Positions 37,466-44,978 of a DNA stretch of 44,978 nt are shown piece after piece. This DNA comes from Octopus bimaculoides. Taxonomy: Eukaryota. The notes under the pieces are model-generated. The model had not been told where the DNA came from. It searched no databases and saw only the letters and a program-made list of their open reading frames with translations. The position numbers and the translations under genes are program-made. The stretch covers positions 87,215,606 through 87,260,583 of the forward strand of contig NC_068983.1 of NCBI RefSeq assembly GCF_001194135.2, read 5' to 3'. The stretch's first letter is position 1. The number at the start of each line of letters is the position of its first letter.

Positions 37466-38389
37466 CAATAACAACAGTCGTTTATCTTCATGAGAAACCG
37501 TTAACTAAATTCACAACTTTCTTTCCTTCACAGCACATTAAGGCTATAATGGAAGACACTAAAGCGCCAAGAAAGAGGACTGAACTCAGAACCATGTGCA
37601 GAGAGGGGGGGGGGGAGAAAAATATTCGAGAAGAGAACTATGAAGAATAGAAAAATAGAAATTAGGATGTACAGTTCAAGGTGCAGTAACATCTCATGAA
37701 AACAAGTAGACTATCCAGTCAAATCATAGTTGAAATATAAAATAATAAAATTATCATAATATGCCAAATCAGTAAACAGTTAAAAAAAAGGATGAATCTG
37801 AAATGGGAAATGAGATATTTAGGAATGAGATAATCGGATAATAATCATTGGAAGTTGTTAATACCCTCCTTATAAAAGATTAAAGGAAGCTGAAAGATTA
37901 TAATTATGCAAAAAGAGATAAGTGTGATAGTAAGAAATGAAATGAAATTGATAAAAAATGTATATCTAACTGTAACCATGATTGTATATATGCATTTGTG
38001 TTACACTGTTTGAAAGATGAAATAACAGGTTGGGGTTTTCTTTTAATATTGAATGGATCTGCATAATCATTATATGTATATATGTTCCAGCATGTTGAAT
38101 GATTTAACAATTCCATTAGTTATTGAAATAAACATAACTAGATAAAAAATGTGACATCAATATCTTCATTTCTATATTTCTTCTATATTTGTTCTATGAG
38201 TGTGTAATTTAATTTTAACTGGTTTAGTTATTGGATTATGGCCAAGCTTAGGCACAGCCTTCCATATTAAACACACACACACACACACACACAAACACAT
38301 ATAAATTTCATGTAGAAGTCATTGGTTAGGGTTAGGCAATAGCAGAAGACATTTGAAGCAGTGGAATGATGTACAAACATATTTATATA

Positions 38390-38820
38390 TCTTATCTTTT
38401 ATCTTTTACATATTTTAGTCATTGGACTGTTGCCCTGCTGGGGCACTGCCTTGAAGGTTTTAGTTGAACAAATCTACCCTAGTACTTATTTTTAAGCCTG
38501 GTACTTATTCTATCGTGCTCTTTTGCTGAACTGCTAGGTTATGGGGATGTAAACAAACAAACACCAATTGTCATGCAGTGGTAGAGGGACAAACAGAAAC
38601 ACACACACACACATAGATACATGTACACACATACATACAAACACATACACATACATAGATGACAAGCTTCTTTCAGTTTACCTCTACCAAATCCATTCAC
38701 AATGCTCTGTCCATTCCAGAGTCATAGTAGAAGATACCAGCCCAAAATGCCATGCAGTGGGATTGAACCTGAAATTGTGTGTATGGAAATCAAGCTTCTT
38801 ACCACACAGCTAAACCTAAG
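38390..38820 (-). mobile_element. SINE family B copy, degraded
   Basis: Reverse-complement similarity to 21328-21710 (TTTAGTCATTGGACTG...CTTACCACACAGC). Confidence 0.7.
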
Positions 38821-38830
38821 TGTGTGTGTG

Positions 38831-38871
<41 letters not shown>

Positions 38872-39273
38872 TATATTATATATATATNNNNNNNNNNNNN
38901 NNNNNNNNNNNNNNNNNNNNNNNNNNNNNNNNNNNNNNNNNNNNNNNNNNNNNNNNNNNNNNNNNNNNNNNNNNNNNNNNNNNNNNNNNNNNNNNNNNNN
39001 NNNNNNNNNNNNNNNNNNNNNNNNNNNNNNNNNNNNNNNNNNNNNNNNNNNNNNNNNNNNNNNNNNNNNNNNNNNTATATATATCAGTTGCATTTAGAAT
39101 TAAAGTTTAGGTAGAAAACTTTAAGGTGTAGTATTCAAACCTTGTAATGGGAATGTCCCTTGTAGTGTGCCTGCAGAGCATGTTCACTGCATGTGGCTAT
39201 CAGGCATCAACCGGGGTAGTGCACTTTCATTGCTAGATGTATATAAGAAATTCCTTGGTGCATGTTGAGTGTA

Positions 39274-39621
39274 TTCTAAATGATTAATATGGAAGATGGA
39301 GTGTACTGAAAGCTTTATTTAGGACAATGATCCTTTCGACTTACTTCTACACTGATCCTTCGTGGATGGGGAACTGTGTAATGGAATTGAATGTACCCCA
39401 TAGCACAGAAGAAACCTTTTCAGATGTACAGTGAACTATACATCTTATAACATTGAACCACTTTATGTGGCCTGAGGAGGTTTCTTCTGCACTATGGGGT
39501 GCATTTGTTTCCATTACATTATTCTTCACCCACTCGGGAGTAGTGAAGAAGTAAGCTGAAACAATCGTTGTCCTAAATAAAGCTTTCAGTACATTCTGTC
39601 TTCCGCACTAATCATTTAGAA
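39274..39621. mobile_element. Fold-back / MITE-like element with ~145-bp inverted arms
   Basis: GTACTGAAAGCTTTATTTAGGACAA is exactly mirrored by TTGTCCTAAATAAAGCTTTCAGTAC. Similarity extends from about 39274-39418 to 39477-39621 around a ~60-bp spacer. Confidence 0.8.
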
Positions 39622-42600
39622 CATATACATATCTGAAATTTATTGTATTACCAATCAGTTTCATGTAAAGACTACAATAGAGTGTTTGGTAACAATCCAA
39701 TTATATAACTTTATGCTTATCAGAGATAGCCAGTATGGAAGGGAATATGGCGACTGCTCTCTATTGTCAGTGGTGGATTAGCACAATTGGTCAATGGCTG
39801 CTGTGAAAAAGGTGGTGAAACAAAAAAGGGTCCATTGTATTCTTTATACAAAAATGATTGGTAAGATCAGCCATGATGTATATTTAATACTATAAACTTT
39901 GGATAATATACCCACTCTACTGACAGATATATGAGTGCATCTTCTCCCTGACTTATGGTCTCTTAGATGACACATGTGTATATATATATAGTCAAAGTAT
40001 AGTTAGCAATTTGAAAAACTATAATCAAGATACATGTGTATGTGCATGTATTTACAAGTAGAGTTTGGAACATTTATGGCTCATGTCAGAGGCACAAAGG
40101 GCAAAGTGCCCATGAACCAGGTAATCCTTCAGATATCTGTATGATTATTCATACAATATTTCCAGCTACTTCACTCCTTTACCCTTTCATCTTTTCATTT
40201 TAAATCTTATGTCAATAAGAATAAAACAACTATGTTTTGCTCCCCAAAACAGTGATTTTTTTTTTTTTTTACAATATATTTGTTTTGGATAATTGTTGAT
40301 CATTTTGGATAATTGTTGGATTTACCTACAGTTCAAGATGTCTGGAGAGAAGCCATCAAGTGGAACTGATGGCAATAATGCAAAAAGGCACTATAAAGGG
40401 ATTACACTGGATATTAACCTAATGTTTGAAAAGGTTTGATGTGGTAGAAAAATATCAGCCACATTTCCAAAACATTAATGCTTGCAATGTTTACAGTGAC
40501 AGCAATATGTAACAATAAAGAGAAAATTAAATGAAGTGCTCAAGAATCTACTGTTAACTGTTTGGGCCCTATTTTTCCATAGAGCTAATGTAACTTTCAT
40601 AATTTCAGATATGATTATTCAACAATTTCTAAATCTCTGGTTTTAAAATTCATTGAACATTGTTTAATACTTAACCACCTGACACCAGTTAGATGGTTAA
40701 GCATTAAAACACTTTTTAAGTATGTCTCAGGGAATGCTTAATTAGTTTAATTATTAGGGCAGTTGCTTTAGATAGTTTGGGTAGCAATGGTTTATATCAG
40801 TCTGAATAAGTTAAAACTTATAAAACAATAGAGAGACATGCTGATGTTACATAAGAAAAAAGTAGAAACTAATGTTTCTGTCAAGGCCTTTCTAAAGGAG
40901 AAGAAAATTTTCTTTTCTAAGGTTCTACTTACTTACTGGACATTGCTTATATTTCATACTTCTGTTATTCATTTATTGGAACTAAATTTTTTTACAATTT
41001 GAGTTAAAATACTTGGGTATTATCAAGAAAGGATGTAAAGCTACTTTTCTTTTTGTAATTATGATTACTTAGTCAATAATGTTTTGTTATTGTAGCATAT
41101 TCACCAGGTCCTCTTGTGAGATCTGATATGATTACTACTTAAATAAGATTTGAAAATAGAATTACTGATATATAAATTACCGAAATTACAGCAGAAAAGA
41201 AACAGTATTTGTCAACTTAATATTTTGAATCTGTTTATCTTGGTCAGCTACAAGCTGTTAAAATATTTCTGTTTGAATTTAGAATTTTGAATTTGTAAAA
41301 TTCCAGACAACTAGCATATTCTCCAGACAATTGCTCATTTCAAAAGAACATATATACTAACAGACAAATTTATTCTTCCTCTTTTTTTTAATCTCACTAT
41401 CCTCTCACTCTTCTTCTTTGCCACCAGCCCTTCTCCACAATATTGCTTCTATTCAAGCTCCTTACACCAACCATCATGTAGTTGTCAAACATACTGTCAC
41501 TTTTCTATTACTATCTCTTCTATTACCTTCTCATTTTTATTTTTCTGTTGATCCCTTTTACAACGCTATCACATTTTCCCTTTGGCTCTCTCCTTTTTTG
41601 ACTTGTATTGAAAGAAAGGAACAAATGAATGGAGAAAATGTAGGGCAGTGGAGACCCTCTTCAGTTTTCCTTGGAGTGAGACAGTTCACTGGTGCTAGTA
41701 AATAAATGGATGGAAACAACATAGGGAGAGAACTCTTTAGTCTTGCTGAGAACAAGATAACCTTTCTAAAGCTGTCACAGTAAAATGCACTCTGTATACT
41801 TTGTAAAATGACTAACAATAGGAAGGGTGTCATGCTAAAATTTAATGTATGAGTGAGATTCTAGGACAACAACTCTCAACAAGAATTGTTTCAAACTGTG
41901 ACTACTACTGCCAACATAAAAAAAATGGATATAAAATGATGCCAATGATGATTAAGTATAAAATATTTTTTTCAGAAGGTTTAAAAATAATTGGATTTGC
42001 ATTTTTTATCTTATTTTATAGGTATTAAATGTGATCTAAGCAATAAATAGAGGGATCTTTATATAAAACTCCACTCACCATAAAAATGTTTTTACACCAA
42101 AAAGTTAAGTAAGATGAATGAAAAGTGACATTTGCTAAATTTTCAATATACTTATAGATTATTGATTTCAAGAGCTTTTGAATCGTAATGAAGAGAAATT
42201 GGACAATATAAATAGATTAATCACTATGATACCCTGGGAGCTTTCCAGAAATACTAATTTATAATCTTACAATAGTAGCAATGTTGCCAATTTAAGATTT
42301 CTTAAGGTTATTTTTATTCAGCTAATTCTGCTAAATTCTTATCTACTTTAAAAGCTATAAATAAGAAATCAAACTTATAATAGTGCTGCTGTTAAGAAAG
42401 TAGCTGATATAAAAAAAAAATAGTTTAAAGAAAAGTTGTTCAGGTAAGACAATAAGTGTATTATAGAAGAATCTAAAAGCATTAGTCTTCAAAAACATAC
42501 AAAGCTGAGTCAGAAAGTAATGCAAATAAAAATTGCATTACTTTTTGACTAACCAGTGTATGTACAAATGTGACTCAAAAAGAATTGCAAATAAAAATTG

Positions 42601-42714
42601 CATTAGTTTTAGAGTCACCCTCATAATTCAGGAATGTTTAAATTAAGAGCAGACAAGTCATTATAATCAACAAAATTTAGTTAACAGCTTTGAATATTCA
42701 ATGTGGTTATTTTC

Positions 42715-43065
42715 TTTTTTTAATTTTTACTTGCTTCAGTTATAGGATTAAGGCTATGCTGGGACACTGCCTTGAAGGGTTTAGTTAAATAAATTGATCC
42801 CAGTACTAATTTTGTAAGCTTTATTCTATTGGACTCTTTTTGTTAAACTGCTAAGTTATAAGGATGTAAACAAACAAATGCCAGTTGTCAAGTGATAGTG
42901 GAATGAACACACACACACATGATGGGTTTCTTTCAGTTTTTGCCTACCAATCCACTTACAAGGCTTTGGTTGGCCTGGGTTTATAGCAGAAGACACTTGC
43001 CCAACATACTGTACAGTGGGACTGAAACCAAGACTACATGGTTGAGAAGTAAGCTCCAAAAAGTT
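42715..43065 (-). mobile_element. SINE family B copy, degraded
   Basis: CCAATCCACTTACAAGGCTTTGG...GAAGACACTTGCCCAA...GGGACTGAAACC is the reverse complement of the family B head. Confidence 0.65.
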
Positions 43066-43614
43066 GAAAGTATGTATACACATATACACATGCATATACA
43101 AATATATATATGTACATTTAAATAATACCTATAAGTTCATTAGGGTTATGGTAAGGATAAAAATAGAAGCCGGTTAGAAATGTTATAAATCACACAAAGG
43201 AAATTTACAATGCAAGTGTTTGTTTTGATTTTGATAAAGAGATTACATTCTTTTCCCTATTCCTGTCTATTTGTCATGTGTTTGTATTTCTAAGAAGACT
43301 GTTGATGCAGTACAAACTAATTTTGATCATAGATAGTTTCTTTTTCATTTGGCTAAGGGGAATCTAACAAGATCAATCACTTCCACCAAATCACTGGCTT
43401 TCATACTGATGTTGAATAAAGTTCTGGAATTTTTCTAATCCAAATTCATAAAAAATTTACAAGAGACGCAGTTTTATTTTCAAATCAAAGCTTTTACTTG
43501 CCCAGATTTTCCCCATCTTTCTGAAAACTGCTGCAGCTTTGCCAACTCTCACTTTGACATCACTATCTGCCCCTCCATATATACACAGATATATATATAT
43601 GCGTATATATATAT

Positions 43615-43663
<49 letters not shown>

Positions 43664-43719
43664 TATGTGCATGCATACATATATATTTATACATATATAT
43701 ATACACACACACATATATA

Positions 43720-44646
43720 TCATCATCACCATCGTTTAACGTCCGCTTTCCATGCGAGCAAGGGTTGGACGATTTGACTGAGGACTGGTGAACCAAATGG
43801 CTACACCAGGCTCCAATCTGATTTGGCAGAGTTTCTACAGCTGGATGCCCATTGTTAACGCCAACCACTCTGAGAGTGTAGTGGGTGCTTTTACATGCCA
43901 CCGGCATGAAGGCCAGTCAGGCGGTACTGGCAACAGCCACACTCAAAATGGTGTATCTTACGTGCCACCTGCACAGGAGCCAGTCTGGCGGCACTGGCAA
44001 CGATCTCACTCGAATGTCTTTACACGTGCCACCAGCACAAGTACCAGGAAGGCGATGCTGGGCACAGTTGCCATCATGATTTCGCTTTCGCTTGCCCCAA
44101 CAGGTCTTTGCAAGCCAAGTTTAGTGTCCAATGAAGGAGATGACGTTGGCATGGGTGCCAGTCATTGAATTTAGTTCAATTTCGATTTCACTTGCCTCAA
44201 CAGGTCTTTGCAAGCGGAGTTTAGTGTCCAATGAAGGAAGGTACGCANNNNNNNNNNGAAGGTTGTGCCTCACCACCTCATCCCAGGTCTTCTTGGGCCT
44301 ACCTCTTCCACAGGTTCCCTCAACTGCTAGGGTGTGGCACTTTTTTACACAGCTATCCTCATCCATTCTCGCCACATGACCATACCAGCACAATCATCTC
44401 TCTTGCACACCACAACTGATGCTTCTTAGAGTCAACTTTTCTCTCAAGGTACTTACACTCTGTCTAGTATGCACACTGACATTACATATTCATCGGGGCA
44501 TACTGGCTTCATTCCTTGCGAGCCTACACATGTTCTCAGCAGTGACGGCCCAAGTTTCACTGCCATGTAGCATGGCTGTTCGTACACATGCGTCATACAG
44601 TCTGCCTTTTACTCTGAGTGAGAGGCCCCTTGGAGTAAAAGGCAGG
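43720..44646 (-). mobile_element. 5'-truncated RTE-clade LINE: ORF C-terminus, long 3' UTR and (GAT)n tail
   Basis: KGPLTQ/RVKGRLYDACVRTAMLHGSETWAV...WYGHVARMDEDSCVKKC...GTCGRGRPKKTWDEVV. The 3' UTR has an internal duplication (about 44080-44246) and ends CGTTAAACGATGGTGATGATG. Confidence 0.88.
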
Positions 44647-44699
44647 GGTATACATATATATATATGGTATACATATATATATACATATACATAGTTTCA

Positions 44700-44978
44700 G
44701 GTGTGGAAGCAAGGTCTAGAATTGAAGGGCCTTAGAGTCAACCTAGCTAAAACCAAAATCCTAATAAGTAGGAAGGTAGATAAAACACAAACCCCTTCAG
44801 GTAGATGGCCCTGCTCAGTATGTAGAAAAGGAGTAGGTAGTAACTCTATAAGATGTACCCGGTGCAAGCTATGGACACATAAGAGGTGCAGCAACATCAA
44901 AGGCAGGTTAACTAGCAAGTTAGTTTTTGTTTGTGGCAGATGTTCAGGTGCAATAAAGACTGCAAACAAACAGGAAAC
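44700..44978 (+). mobile_element. RTE-clade LINE fragment (post-RT Cys-rich region), opposite orientation, running off the window
   Basis: GLRVNLAKTKILI...GRWPCSVCRKGVGSNSIRCTRCKLWTHKRCSNIKGRL...FVCGRC. Confidence 0.85.

Noticed and set aside
42073-42110. Minus-strand ...KHFYG|GTGAGT candidate upstream exon
   Set aside because: TAA lies immediately upstream in frame, and there is no acceptor or start codon.

Overview
AT-rich, repeat-dense animal genomic DNA with four N-gaps (7186-7195, 25668-25928, 38888-39075, 44248-44257). The SINE, RTE and R4/Dong repeats and the (AAT)n/(TA)n load suggest an octopus or other coleoid cephalopod; this is inferred from repeat recognition only. The only host gene I can support is on the minus strand: two micro-exons (19738-19789 and 1222-1280) of a glucose-6-phosphate 1-epimerase (aldose 1-epimerase family) gene, reading GATIISWRCAGEEMLFLS|KNAIFDNLKAIRGGIPLVFP across an 18.5-kb intron. 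Its other exons appear to lie outside the window. The rest is intronic TE debris: a Helitron 3' end, four R4/Dong RLE-LINE pieces, RTE, CR1 and HERO-like LINE pieces, a DD37D maT transposon with both TIRs, Tigger and hAT remnants, MITEs and many tRNA-derived SINEs. Almost all ORFs in the supplied track are microsatellite or TE artefacts. The most interesting signals are: (i) an apparently young 152-bp tandem unit inserted in (AAT)n that folds into a minimal type I hammerhead-like ribozyme with a non-canonical core (retrozyme-like); (ii) two further decayed hammerhead-like motifs; (iii) an (AAT)n-centred ecosystem of Dong LINEs and SINE arrays; (iv) a spliceable antisense exon encoding an N-glycosylation-rich pentapeptide repeat; (v) long fold-back structures in the presumed pre-mRNA.
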